64,000 nt of DNA from the human T2T-CHM13v2.0 reference genome, Homo sapiens, in NCBI RefSeq assembly GCF_009914755.1, contig NC_060926.1. One strand, written 5' to 3'. The position numbers and the translations under genes were made by a program. The notes beneath the pieces are model-generated. The model did no database searches and was not told where the DNA came from. It saw only the letters and a program-made list of their open reading frames with translations. Positions 46,132 to 61,000 of the stretch are shown in pieces; the stretch's first letter is position 1, and every line of letters starts with the position of its first letter.

Positions 46132-46406
46132 GGTAGGGCACAGTGGCTCACACATATAATCCCACCACTGAGGGAGGTAAGGTGGTGAGAGGATCACTTG
46201 AACTCCAGGCTTTCAAGACCTGCCTGGGCAACATGGTGAGACCCTGTCTCTCCAAAATGTATATAAAATATAATAGCCAGGCACGATGGCACCCGCCTGT
46301 AGTCCCAGCTACCAGCTACTCAGGAGGCTGAGGTGAGAGGGTAGCTTGAATCTGGGAGGTTGAGGCTTCAGTAAGCTGTGTTCATGACACTGCTCTCCAG
46401 CCTGGG
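46132..46406 (+). mobile_element. AluJ truncated just before its 3' end at the array junction
   Basis: The Alu runs to ctccagcctggg and then switches directly into the GC-rich array with no poly-A. Confidence 0.8.
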
Positions 46407-46409
46407 GGG

Positions 46410-48870
46410 CCTCTCCAACCTGCACTAGAAGAGCTGGGCCCTGGCTCTGGGCACCATGCAGCCTCTGAGGTGAGGCTGAGCGCCAGTTTCTGCCCTCCTG
46501 CAGCTAGAGACCAACACCCTGACTTAGGCGTCGTGGAGGCTTCTGGCCCAAGGGTCCGCGCTGCTGGTGGAGCTGGCAGGGTCGGAGTTTGCCACAGCTG
46601 CTGCTGCGCGCCTTGTGCAGGTTACCACTGCAGCTGAATCTACAGCAGAGGCAGGCAGGGCTGGTCCCAGACAGCCTGGGGGTCGCTGAGTGGACGGTCC
46701 TTTCACCCTAGAGTCAGCTCTTTCTTGTAGGCGCCCAGATCAGGGTGTGCAGGCGCTGGGCACAGGGCAGCCGCCAGGAAATGGCTGAGCTGCCGGTTCC
46801 CGCCCTCCTGCAGCTGGGGCCCGACCACCTGAATTAGCCGCTGGGCGGCCTCTGGCCCTGGAGTCCGCCTGGCTGGTGTAAAAGCATGGTCTGGAGTTGC
46901 CATCAAGTCTGCTCCGCGCGCCATGTGCAGGTGGCTGCTGCAGCTGAGCCCATGACAGAGGCTGGCAAGGCGTTTCCGAGGCAGCCTCAGGGTCATTGAG
47001 TGGAGCACTATCCCACCCTAGGGTCCGCTCTTCCTTTGCCTGAGCCCAGAGTTCGGGTCGCGGGCACTGGGAACTGTGCAGCCAAGGAGACTGGGCCGAG
47101 GGCAAAGGTTTCTGCCCTGCTGCAGCTGCGGGGCTGACTGCCTGAATTAGGCGCTGAGGCGGCCTTGTCCCCCGTGTCAGGGCTCTGGTGCAGGCAAAGT
47201 GCCGGGTTGCTCTGCTGCTGTCGCGCCCTTGTACAGGTGGCAGCTGCAGCTGAGCTCTCAGTAGAAGCCGGCAGGGTTGGTCCCAGAAAGCCTGAGGATC
47301 GCGGTGTGCACCACCCTCTCAGCCTAGGGTGGACTCTTCCTTGGCCCGCGCCCAGAGCTCGGGGTTTCGGGCGCTGGGCCCTGTGCAGCTGCCCAGAATA
47401 GGCTGTGCGGCTGGTTCCCGCCCTGGCAAGGCATCCAGCTATGGAATCTGCACTGCTGTTGGGGGCAGGTAAGGTCGGAGGAGGGGGGTGTGGTTTCCAC
47501 CATTGCTAACGGGCGCCACCTGGCGATGGTAGCTGCAGCTGAGAGCATGGCAGAGGCTGGCAGGGCTGGTCCCAGACACCCTGAGGGTCGCTGAGTGCAC
47601 CGCCCTACCCCCTAGGGTCTGCTGTTCCTTAGACTGCTCCCAGGACGTGGTGTGCGAGCGCTAGACACAGAGCAGCCTCCAGGATGGGGCTGAGCGGCCG
47701 ATTCCCGCCTTGCTGCAGCTACAGTCTGAATTAGGCTCCACCGCAGTATCTGGCCCTAGGGTTCGTGCTACTGGTGGCATGGACAGAGATGGGGGCTGCC
47801 ACAGCTGCTATGGGGCTGAGCAGCCGATTCCCGCCCTCTTGCAGCTATGGGACCGACCACCTGACTTAAGTGCCTTGGAGGCGTCCGGCCCTGGGGTCTT
47901 TGCTGCTGGTGTCTGAGGGCAGGGGCAGGGCTGCCACTGCTACTGCCCTGTGCCATGCGCAGGCGCCAGCTGCAGCTGAGCCCAAGGCAGATGCTGGCAG
48001 GGCTGGTGTGAGGCTGCCCAGGGGTGGGTGAGTGCACCTCCCTTCCACCCTAGGGTCCGTTATTCCTAGACCAGCGCCCAGATTGCGGGGTCGTGGGCGT
48101 TGGACACTGTGCAGCCATGAGGATCTGGTTGAGCGCAGATTCCTGCCCTCCTGCGGCTGAGAGGCCAACCTCCTAACATGCGCTGCAGTGACCTCTGGCT
48201 CTGGGGTCCGCGTTCTTGCTGGAGCTGGCAGAGACCAGAGCTGCCACCAATGCTGCTTCCAGGAGTGTGCATGTGGCAGCTGCCGCTGATCCCGCGGCGG
48301 AGGATGGCAGGGCTTGTTCCAGAAGGCTTGAGGGTCCGCGAGTGCACCGCCCTCCCACCCTAAGGTCTAGTCTTCCTTGCCCGCGCCCAGAGAGTGGGAT
48401 TACGGGCGCTGAGCACAGTGCAGGCGCTGGGATGGGGCTGAGCTGCAGGTTTCCCCCCTCTGGCTGCTGGGGGGCCGACCGCCTGAGTTAGGGGACGCGG
48501 CGGCTTTTGGTCATGGGGTCTGCACTGCCGGTGGCTTGCACAGGGTCGGGGGCTGCCACAGCTGCTATAGTTCACCGTGTGCACTTGGCAGCCGCCCCTG
48601 AGCCCACCGCTGAGGCCGCAGGGCTGGTCCTGTCCCAGACGGCCTGAGGGTCACTTGCCCGCGCCCAGAGCACCGGGTGGCGGGAGCTGGGCACTGTGCA
48701 GCCTCCGGGAATCCGCTGAAGGGCGCGTTGCAGCTCTCCTGCAGCTGTGGGCCGACTGCCTGACTTTGGCCACTCGGTGGCCTCTGGCGCTAGGGTTTCC
48801 GGGCCGCTGGTGTCGGCGGGCGGAGTCCGGGTTTGCCACCGCTGCCCACAGGCTCACCATGGCCTGAGTA
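46410..48870. repeat. GC-rich ~310 bp tandem array (about 7-8 diverged units)
   Basis: The anchor cacccta(g/a)ggtc and variants occur at about 46704, 47014, 47321, 47608, 48046 and 48356. Each unit has ctcctgcagctg and gctgcagctgagc. Confidence 0.85.
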
Positions 48871-50059
48871 AATGCTCGCACTGCTCATACATCCATTTTT
48901 AAAAATTGGGTTGAACATGAGAACATAATCATTCATATTTTATCCATTTGCATGTATTCGATAACATCCTTTCCCTGTTCTTGTCTCTGCTTTGCAGCCT
49001 TTTTCTTCAAAGAATGAATGTTTCCATGTTTTATACCCACAGAATTTCTGGTTTTTCCCGTTGGAGCCCAAGGAGCAAGGGCAGAATGAGGAACATGATG
49101 TTCCTTACAAACAGTTACTCATGAGGCTGCAGCACAGAAACTGCAATAAATGTCAGTTACAAAGTGTCCATGTGCATTTTAAATTGATGGTTATTAAAAT
49201 CCTTCTTTATCTATAGGGGATCTAAAAAATTAAACAATTCGTAATTTAAACACAGTTGCCAGGTAGCCTGAGTCAAAAATCAGGAGAGGCTCCATGGTCT
49301 GAAGTCTCCTAGTGCTCACCTTGGTGAGGGTCTAGTTGCCTAATGGGTTGGTGTAATGAAGTCATTCTAACACAAGCAAAACACGACTCCCTTAGTTATT
49401 CAAAAAATCAGGAAATAGAAAAAAATAAATGAGAATAAAATATTGACAGGAGAGAAAAATGAAGAGTTAATTGGCGATTTGAAGGAGGTGAAATGGACAA
49501 AAAGTAAATTTAGCAATTAGAATTTAAAGTCAGTAGATAATTAAGTCGAATAATTTATTCTTATGTCCATGTATTTTGGTTTTAAAGTTTTGATTAATAC
49601 TCACTCAACACTAATTTCTAACAAATTAGAATATTATCACATTGTCTATTTTTACCAGTGAGCTTGTAATAAAGATCCACTAGTAATCTTAGTACACCAA
49701 AAGAAGCCCATAGAATAAACTAATTTTTAAAGAGTCACATTTTATTCAATGCCTATTTGTACATGTTACTAGCAATAAACTCTTTTATCTTTAATTTTGA
49801 GAAGTTTTACAAATACAGCAAAGCAGAATGACTAATAGAGCCGGTAACCAGGACACAGATTTGGAAAAATAGGTCTAATTGGTTGTTACACTGTGTTTAT
49901 GTCATACATTTCGCTTATTTTTATCAAAGAAAAATCAGAATTTATAAAATGTTAATTAAAAGGAAAACATTCTGAGTAAATTTAGTCCCGTGTTTCTTCC
50001 TCCAAATCTCTTTGTTCTACACTAACAGGTCAGGATAAGTATGGATGGGGAGGCTGGAA

Positions 50060-50540
50060 AAAGGGCATCCTTCCCCATGCGGTCCCCAGAGCCACCCTCT
50101 CCAAGCAGGACTTGGGGAACATCCTTCTCCATCTGGGACCTGAAGGATGTCCTTCTCCACCCAGGACTTGGGAGGTGTCTTATCCACCCAGGACTTGAGG
50201 GGGATCCTATTCCATTCAGGAGTGGGGGAAATTCTTCTTCATCTGGACTTGGGGGGCATCCTTCTCCATTTAGGACTTGGGGGGCATCTTTCTTCATCCA
50301 GGACTGGGGGGTTATCCTTCTCCATCCAGGACTGGGGGTTGTCTTTCTCCATCCAAGACTGGGGGTTATCCTTCTCCATTCAGGACTTGGGGGACATCCT
50401 TTCCCATCCAGTAACTAGGGGGCATCCTTCTCCATCCAGGACTGAGGGGGATATCCTTCTCCATCTAGGACTGGGGGGCATCCTTCTCCATCCAGTATTG
50501 GGGGTCATCCTCCTCCATCCAGGACCTGAGGGGTGTCCTT
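50060..50540. repeat. ~28-29 bp minisatellite (atccttctccatccaggacttggggg), about 16 copies
   Basis: Direct reading of the repeated units. Confidence 0.9.
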
Positions 50541-51254
50541 TTCTGCGCTTCCTTGGATGGCAGGCTTTCCTATGCAGTCATTCAGAAAGTCAGGCTGACA
50601 CATGTTGTCGTCTTGAACTCTGGAATCTCATCTCTATTCTAGGTGAATCCCTTCATGTTTATAGTGATTTACCATTAAATCACTGTGCCGTTTTTTCCTA
50701 AAATATATGGGGCGTGTTTTTTGTTCTGACTTCTGTTAGTCCTTTGGTCCCTAGCTCCAGTTTTTTTGTAATTTCTTTTGCAACCTAATATGGGTCCCAT
50801 TTAGTAAGTATTACATATATTAGAAAATGTATATTCAGCATTTGTTGTGATTTTAAAATATTTTATAAACACATAACATCTTTGTCTATTTCCCATTTAA
50901 ATTCAGAAGTATGAGTTCCAGCATCCCTCTCTAGACCTGCTCTTCCTGTTAGTTTCTTTGTACGTCCTGGAGGCGAGGCCAGCGTTGGACTTGACGTTGC
51001 TTCACCTACTCGGTTCTATTGTCCCTCCATGTGCAGTGTCTATCCTGTTGTTTATTATTTCTTCCTTAAATTTTATTTGAACTAAAATTAATTTTGTGGT
51101 AGCAGCTTGCTTTCTGTGAATATTTACTTAAAATTTTTATTCCCATTATTTTTCTTTCTTTAATTTGAAAGTGCTGCTTTGTTATTAACAATTTTGTATT
51201 TTAATATATGAGGTTAATCCCTCTAGGTTTGGTAGGAAAAAGTGATATATTTGA

Positions 51255-51619
<365 letters not shown>

Positions 51620-51719
51620 CTTCCAGATTTATTTTCAATCAACATTTCATTTTCCACTTCCTTCCTATGCTGGCTTTTAGGTTTTCCAGACTATTTACCT
51701 TTAGTGTCAAAAATTCTTT

Positions 51720-52770
51720 TGGGAACTTTTGAGTTGTCAACCAATATTGTAAGCATATTGGATATTGCTGTTTTTCTCCCAGTGCTCTGGTTATAATCTC
51801 TTCTATTAATACCTTGTAGTGTTATTGTTGGAGTTATTTTTTTCTATTAATTTCTGAGATATAAGAATTAGAATTGTCAAATTGTGGATTTATGCATTTA
51901 TCCTTTTAATTCAATAACTTTTGCTTTGTGTATTTTGTTATTTTTCTTAGGTGCATACATGCTTATGATTATTAGGTTTTCTAAGCAAATCGACTCATTA
52001 GCATAAAACGTCCTTCTTTATCCCTGTTGATGCTTGTCTTTCTTGTAGTCTGTCTTATCTGCCATTAATACACTGGCTGCAGTTTTTGATAACAGAGATT
52101 TGCATGGTGTATATTAGTCCATCTTTTCAGTTTGAATCTATTTGTATCTTTACCTCATAAGTGTATTTCTTTTTAAAAGCTGATATTGAGGTTTCCTTTT
52201 TACCTACTTTGACAGTCTCTGTTCTGCCTTCCTGGTCTTCTTCTGGATTATTGTAGTTTTCATTTGTTTGTTTGTTTGTTTGTTTTATGGGGTTTTCTTT
52301 TTTTTTAGTATGGATTTTGTATCTTGTTTTTTTTTAACTATGACTCTTTGTTTCATTTATTTATTTTTAGTGAGTTCTTTAGAAATTAAAATAAAAATAC
52401 TTAAAGTATATTAAATATCATAACACTGTATATAAAATATAAAAACCTTACCTTACCCTCCTCCCTCCTCTGATCTTTTGTGCCATGTTGTCATAGATTT
52501 TTCTTCTGCACATGTTGTAATTCCTGGAGGATGTCATTAAAATAGCAATTTCCCCTCCACATGTTTACTATTTTTGGCACACTTTCATCTTTTCTGAGAA
52601 CTAGAATTTCCAATTGTTATCATTTTTCTTCAACCTGAGCAGCTTTCTTTTGCATTTATTATGGTTTGGGTGTGATGGCAACACATTCTCTCAGACTTTC
52701 TTTAATTGAAAATGTACTTTTCTCAACTTCAGTTCTGAGGGCGGCTTCAGCAAGTTCAGAATTCTAGGGA
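51720..52770 (-). mobile_element. Ancient L1M fragments
   Basis: Degenerate antisense L1 motifs (taggtgcatac, tttgcatggtgtata, tgaaaatgtactt). Confidence 0.5.
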
Positions 52771-55480
52771 CACCTTTGACTTTGAACAGCATGAAGTCTC
52801 TGCTCAGCAGTGCTGTAGGCACCATCTAACATATTGTTATATCTAGTTGTGTCAAATCTGTCATCGGCCATAGAACGCTTTGACAGGTGCTTCTTGTTGC
52901 TTCAGTTCTAAGTATTTCATAGTTTTCAGAGATATGGAGAAGCAGCAGTGCTAGTAACAGTACCAGTAAAACCAGGATAAGCCCTAAAATAATTAAGAAG
53001 CCATCGCATGCACACACGTGAACGTTTGACTTCAGCTAAAATGCTTTCAAGTGTACTATTTTATCTTTACACAAGGTTATAATACAAATTAAAGATTTAA
53101 AAATATTTTCACTTTATATATGTGAAAACTGCAGCTCAAAGAATTTAAAAGACATGATTGAAATCCCATAACTAGGTAAACATGGTCAAATCTGGAGCCC
53201 TCATGTCTCGGTCCCCCCACGCCCTGTTACAGAGAGTGCGAGGCTTCACCAGGAAGCTCTTTCGGCTCAAGGATTAGCTCTGGGGAAGTGCTGCAGGCAG
53301 GCCTGCTTTGCATCCTTTTTCCAGCAGAAATCCTATGTTTGTTTCAAGCTTCTAGTTCTTTTTGTTTTGTTTTGTTTCTTACCAGCACGGCTCTGGGAGT
53401 TATTTACACAACTTAATTTTAAGAGAGACAGTCCCCATCACTAAGGTTCCTTGGAAACTTATCATGCAAAAAAATAAAAATAATAAATGCTGGTAGATAA
53501 GCATACAAACCACTCAGGAGAAAGACAGTGGCCACTCAGGTCATCAGGTGAACTTGTGACGGGGCCATCAAGAGGCTGCACGTGAGCTCCAGAAAATGAA
53601 ATTCCCACTATCAACCTATTTTCCATTTCCACCCAATGCCCCGCCCCTGCTCCAAATCAAGGTTTCCGCCTCTTAGAAATGCTTGATTTTCAGTATTGCT
53701 AAACAGGGGTCAAAGAAAACAAGCTGAACAAAGAAACAAATAAAGCCTTTAACACAGTGAGCAAAGACACAGCACCCACCCCTTCCCTGGGCCCCGCAAC
53801 AGCTCCAGAGCTGCGCAGCTGCTCCCAGAGCCTGAGCATGGACCTGAGCTCTGGCCCATGGAGCTCACCAATGCATTTCTTCCCTCTGTGTCAAAAAAGC
53901 ATCAAGAAATTGGATTCATTTACCTGGGACATAAAATAAGGTATACCTATAGTTTTGTCCCAGAACTGTGTAAACCGGCATGCTGCCTGCCACAGTACAG
54001 TCCTCCCCCTGCATCAGGAGCTCAGATGGGGGAAGCCAGCAGGGCTGGAGGCCTGGGAGTCACAGATGCTTGGAGGGGAGAGAAAAGCACCACAGAGAGC
54101 CAGGCAGGACCTGCCTACAAGTCACATTTTTAGGGGTCTAGTGGTCTGGGCAGGCTGGGAGATGCTCTCTAAAGGGAAGGCAAGAAATATTGCCCCACAT
54201 CTCCCACCACCAAACAGAAAGTGCAGGTGGTCAGCCCCAGGGCTCACCTGCCCTTTGCCAGGGTCATGAGCTAGGCCCAGCCTGCACCCTCCACACAACC
54301 ATCAAGGGGACTTCCTGTCAGGCTGGGACAACTGCACCGGGCCCTGATGCCCTGGGAAGAACAGGGTTGCATTTAACAGAAACAGCTAAACCTGAAGGGA
54401 TGAGCTTGCCTTTCCCCGGGGCCATGGGATGGTTTATAGAAAGTTCTACCCATCAGGACGAGACCTCACATGACACCATCAGAGGAATTGATACCATGCC
54501 ATAGAGGGAGGAAGAGGGCGCATGCCATAGGTCCACTGGTCACAGCACACACATGCTCCTGGGAGCTTCAGACCCAGCAGTTTGGCTCAGGTGCCAGGTC
54601 AGGATGTGGGAGGACACAGTGTCTGGGTGAATCTGTCACCCTTGCTAGCTGCCTTGTCCCACCAGGTAGAAGATGCGGCAATGGGAGCACAGCAGTAGGA
54701 AGCCCAGTGTCCCCCAACCTTCCACCTCACACCCAGGACCTCTGAGGTGCATCTATATCCTGCACATCTAGGCTCTGAAAAGCAGGAGGTCCTGGTTTCC
54801 ACAGCTGTGGGGCTTCTAGACAGGACAAGGCCAAATTCTCTGAAAAAACAAGCTCTGGGTGCTGCTTTGTCCTCAGGCTGCTCCTCCATGGGACCTGCGG
54901 GCAGAAAAATGTGTACCACCTGGACCGTGGTTTCAGCAGAAGCAGGGTTATGCTGCCTGGGGCAGGAGGGGCTCTACACAAGCGCCTCTCAATACACAGC
55001 ATTTGATGGTACGTGGACAAGTGTGGGAGCCCTAGACCAAGGACTCCGTGGTGAGCAAGACTCAGGACCCCTTAGGGGTGAGGGCCTGGGTTACACCACC
55101 AGGGGGTCACCCGGACCCTCAGCAGAAGGTGGAGGGGGTGGTGATCATTACCTTTGTGACCCTGCAATGGGTGGCAGCCACAGGACATAGGGTTCATTGA
55201 ACGCACCTTGTGTAACTATTGCCCAGGAAAAGGCCCAGAATTTAATAAAGATGAGGCCCCTGGCAGTGAAGTGCTGGATGAGGCGCACCCCCTGGGGCAT
55301 ACCTGAACCTCCCCCAGGGCCTCGGCTGTGAGCTTTGATTATAGACACACCTGTGCCACAGCCCCTTCAGACTGCTCCCTTCACCTCTGAAAAACCAGAC
55401 AGGATGCTTCTGTTCCTGGAAATGTGAATGCCCTTCGTGTGTTTTTTACTTTGACTATAAACTCATCTGCAACCAAAATA

Positions 55481-56469
<989 letters not shown>

Positions 56470-56470
<1 letters not shown>

Positions 56471-57500
56471 CTCCCTGGGAATGGGCGGGCCTGGGTCCAG
56501 TCCACAGGGCCCCTCGTGGGCCCTGATGAAGGAAAGAGTTGAGATGGGGGCAGCGCTGGACCCCAGGGCCCCTGCCTGCCTCCTGGAGAGCCCGGTGACC
56601 CAGGCAGCCCTGGTGAGGCTGTGGGTGCCTGGGCCATAGCGAGGCCCGCGAGCTCCCACAGGACAGATGCGGACAGTGAGGCCGGGGAGGCCCTGCTGCC
56701 CTCCGAACTGTCCCTCCAGCCCCCAGCTTTCTGTGGTTCTCTGGGCCCCCTCTGCAGAGGGGCAGGGGAGCCCACCCTGGATCCTGAGACGCCAAGCTTG
56801 AGGGACCCCCAGAGCTCTAGCGAGGCTGCTTCCTTTGCGGATGGTGAAGCTGAGGTCCAGAGGAGGGCAGGGGCAGGTCCTGGGCGCTCCCTAGGCAAAG
56901 GGAGCCGATCTCCGGGAGGCGGTCACAGGGAGCGCTCCTGCGACTTCTAGGGCCCGAAAGCTGGGGAGGATGAGAGACCAGGGGCCTTTCGTCGTCCCCT
57001 GGGCTGGGCAGAGGCTCAGCCTGTGCCGCAACCCTAAGCGGCTTCTGGCAAGTCCGAGCCGCGGTCCCTTTAAGAGGGGGTGGAGCTTCAACCTGGCACT
57101 AGGGATGCTGCTAGCGTGCGTGTCCCTACGGAGCTGAGACTGCAGTTCCTGCGACGCCCCTGCAGCAGCAGCAGCGTGGTCAGAGCGAGCTTCTGAGCGG
57201 TGGTGGGTTCCATGTGATGGTGGAGTAGGAGACAGGTCTCCGCGGTCAGTGGCGGGGGCGTGGACCCCACCGGGAACCCTCCCTGCTCCTTCCCTGCCTC
57301 TCCCTGTTTTCGTGCCCGCACTTCTTCGTGGGCATCTGGGCCCGAGTCCTCCGCTTGGGGGCGGTTGTGCGGTCCTGGCTACTGCAGCGTCCGCACCCCG
57401 GCCGGGAAGGCTATGCCAATGTCCGACCCGCGTCCAGCGTATAGGAGCGCCCTGGCCCACAGCTGGCGGTAAAACGCGGGACCTGGGTCCCTCGGAGCCC
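56470..57500 (+). promoter_or_regulatory. GC/CpG-rich island-like segment, possible duplicated promoter and first exon
   Basis: High GC and CpG density. TATA-like tttaagag at about 57069, a donor-like ccgcg|gtcagt at about 57244, and GC-box-like ggcgggggcg at about 57251. Confidence 0.4.
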
Positions 57501-57725
57501 CAGGGGCCTCTGAGCTGGAGTCTAGGATTATTTTTGATGCCTCAGCACCTTTAAAAAGAGACCTCGCTAGAGCAGGGGGCATCTGTATTTTCAGTTCTTT
57601 GAGGAGTCTCCAGCTATTTAGCTGTTTTCCATGGTGTGTATCCTAATTTTCATTTCCACCTACAGTGTATGAGTTTCCCTTTCTCCAAAACCACACCCGC
57701 ATTCCTACTATTTTTGGTTTGGGGT

Positions 57726-58027
57726 TTGTTTTGTTTTTGTTTTTGTTTTGAGACGGAGTCTTGCTCTGTCTTACAGGCTGGAGTGCAGTGGCGCCATCTC
57801 GGCCGACTGCAACCGCTGCCTGGTTTTAAGCAAGTCTCCTGTCTCAGCCTCCAGAGTAGCTGGGACTACAGGCGCCGCCACCATGCCCAGCTCATTTTTG
57901 TATTTTTAGTAGAGATGGGGTTTCACGATATTGGTCAGGCTGGTCTCAAACTCCTGACCTCAGGTGACCCACCTGCCTCAGCCTCGCAAAGTGCAGAGAT
58001 TACAGGCATGAGACACCGTTCCCAGCC
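57726..58027 (-). mobile_element. AluS
   Basis: (TTTTG)n tail, then gagacggagtcttgctctg...cctgacctcaggtgacccacc. Confidence 0.9.
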
Positions 58028-61000
58028 CCTCCTATTTTTTTAAAAAAATCAAGGAATATTCGATAAGTGTGAGATTATCTGTGTGTGGTTTTGAATTACA
58101 GTTTTCTAATGAATAGTTGATTTTGAGGACCTTATCTCTTATTTGTTGTTCGATTTTATGGCTGTGCAGAATTGTCTGTTCAGGTTCTTTGCAAAATATT
58201 AGATTGGATGCTTTTGCTACTTTGTAGTGTTTTTTGTGTACATATTAGATGACAACTCCTCGTGAATTACAAGATTGCCTGAAATTTTTGCCTAATCTAT
58301 AGGATGCTTTTTTAATTGGAAAGTAGTTTTCTTTGATGTGCAGAAACTTTTCATGTTGATGTAGTCAACATGATATTTATTTTTGCGTTTCATGCATGTA
58401 ATTTTCGTCACCCATATAAGAAAATAATATGTCAGTGACAAAGCATTTAATTGTCAATGAGGTTTTTCTTCCAGGGTGTTTATTTTCCTCTTTGCAAAGG
58501 TGAGCAGAGATTCAAGTGACCCAAAATATATGCTCATCCTGTGTTTTAGTTAAAAACATTTTGTAGTTTATGGTCTTTTGTTTTGCCTTCAATTTGGGGG
58601 AGTGGGTGTTCATTTTCATACATCGTGTAAAATAAGGTCCTATTTCTCGCTTCTGCATCTGGATATCATTTTTGTCAAAGGTATTCATTCTCTGCCTTCC
58701 ACATTGCAGTGTTCTTTATCAAAGTCAGTTGATTGTGTCCATATTTGTGTTGATCATGTTTTTGTCCTCCCTGTTTTTGTCCATAGTTTATGCAAGTATC
58801 ATATATCAGCTGTATAACTACAACTTGGCAGTGTAATTTGATATTAAGGATTGTGGGTCTTCACTTTGTATTTCTCAGGATTCCTTTAGATATTCATTGC
58901 TTTTGTGGTTCCCTGTGATTTTTAGCAATACGTATTTATTTCTGTTAACTTTTTTTCACAACATAAAGGTCCATAATTAGGGGTACATTTTCATACATAC
59001 AGATTGGGTAATGATCAAATCAGGGTACTTAGGATCTCTATTTGCTCATCCAGGTTTTTTTTTTTTTTGTGGGGAGAACATTCAAAATTCTCCCTTCTTA
59101 CTCTAGAAAAATATGATATTGTTAACTCCAGTCACCAGGCTGAGGAGGAGAACCTCAGATTTGTTCCTTTAATGTTAAGATAACTTTGTTTCCATAATCA
59201 ATCCTTCCCCATTCCCCCTCTATCTCCCAAACTCTGGTAACCAATATTGTGCTTTTTACTTCATTAAGATAAACATCTTAAGATTTCACATGAGTGGTAT
59301 CATGCAGTGTTTTTCTAGGCCTAGCTCCTTACATTTAACATAATGTTTTCCAGGTTCATCTGCGTTGCTCTAAATGGGACTGTTTCATTATTTTGATGGC
59401 TGAAGAATATTTCCTAGTGTATGTATATGAGAGTTTCTTGATCTCTTTATCTGTGGATGAACAGGTAGGTTGAATTTACACCCAGTAATGGGACTGCTAG
59501 ATGGAATGGTATTTCTTTTTTTCCTATTCTTTGCAAGACCTCTAACTGTTTTTTATAGTGTTAATACTAATTTATGTTTGCACAAACAGTTCCCCTTTCT
59601 GGCAATTCATACCAGGAATTGTCTTTTTAAATATTTTGATCTTTTTGTAATGTTCATTCTATTGGAGTGAGATAAGATCTGAGTGTGGTTTTGATCTGCA
59701 TTTTTCTCATGAGTAGTAATGTTAACCACGTTTTTGTAGACATTCGGTCAGTTTCCTGTCTTCTTTGGAAAAATATCTAATCCGGTTATTTGCCCAGTTT
59801 TTGTCTGGCAATTGTTCTGTTGTTTTGTTATTTTTTTGCCAGCTGGTAGTATGACTGGCTTGTACCTTTTCAAAAATAATCCCTTATCCCAAACTTGTAA
59901 TTTTTAGTGTGCCTTTTTATTTTGTTTATTGTTTCCTTTGTTGGTCACAAATGCTTCAGCTTGACGTGGTCCCACATGTGCATAATTTCTTGGTGGCTGT
60001 GCTGTTGGTTACTAATCAAGAAAAAACAAAATCACTACCAAAGCAGTCCCTTGTCAATAATTTTTTTCCCTTGTATTTTTGTTTACTTTTTGTGAACCCT
60101 GAGCATACATCCAAGTTGCTCTAAATATACGCACACCCGAGGTTGTCTTTATAGGAGCTTTATGGTTGCAAGTTTTGTGTATAATCTTTAATCATTTTGA
60201 GTTGATTATTGTGTATCTAGTACCATAAGGGTCCTGTATTACCCTTTTGCATATGGATATCTAGTTTCGGAAGTCTTCCCTGTTGTGTCATTTTGGTGGT
60301 GTTTTGAAAAATGTGTTCATTCCATATAAATTTTTGTTTATTATTGAGCACATTCATTTTGCTCACTGGTCTGTGTTTCTCTGTCTATGCCAGTAACATA
60401 TGGGTTTGTTAACTACGGATTTTCATTTAATTAGAACTCAGGGAATGTGATGCATCCCGTATGGTTTGTATTTCTCAGAATAGCTTTGGAAATTCAGGGT
60501 GTTTCACATTTCCACATAAATTTTGGCATTGTTTCTTTATACTTCCTAAAACACTATTTGTCATATACTAAATGTATACAATTAGAAGGTACAAGGAAGG
60601 TTTTCATACATGTATATGTTGAATAATGATAAAATCAGGTTATTTAGCATCTCTTCATCTCATATAGTTATTATTTTTGGTAACAACATTCAGAATCTTT
60701 CCTTCCAGCTACTTTGAAATATATGATACATTTGTGTTAAGGCTAGTCACGCTGCTGTGGAATAGAAGGCCAGAATTGATCACTATCATCTGAGAGTAAC
60801 TTTGTACCCATCACTGATTCCTTCCGAGACTGCCTCCACTTCCCCAGCAGCCTCTGGTAAGCCCTATTGAACTTTCTACTTCTAGAAGATAAAGCTTTTT
60901 TCAGTCTACATGTGTGAGATCACGTGGCATGGGACTTTCTCTACCAGGCTTATTCTTTGGACCTTGTTCTTCAGATTTCTTCATGTGGCTGCAGATGGCA

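Noticed and set aside
52826-53017. Hydrophobic 63-aa ORF resembling a single-pass membrane micropeptide
   Set aside because: Starts at GTG, and the Leu/Val run comes from a short cagta-type repeat; no other support.
53500-55400. GC-richer segment with donor-like motifs on the minus strand (about 55150 and 55300), possibly an unprocessed gene fragment
   Set aside because: No recognisable protein homology by eye; it needs BLASTX/BLASTN before any call.
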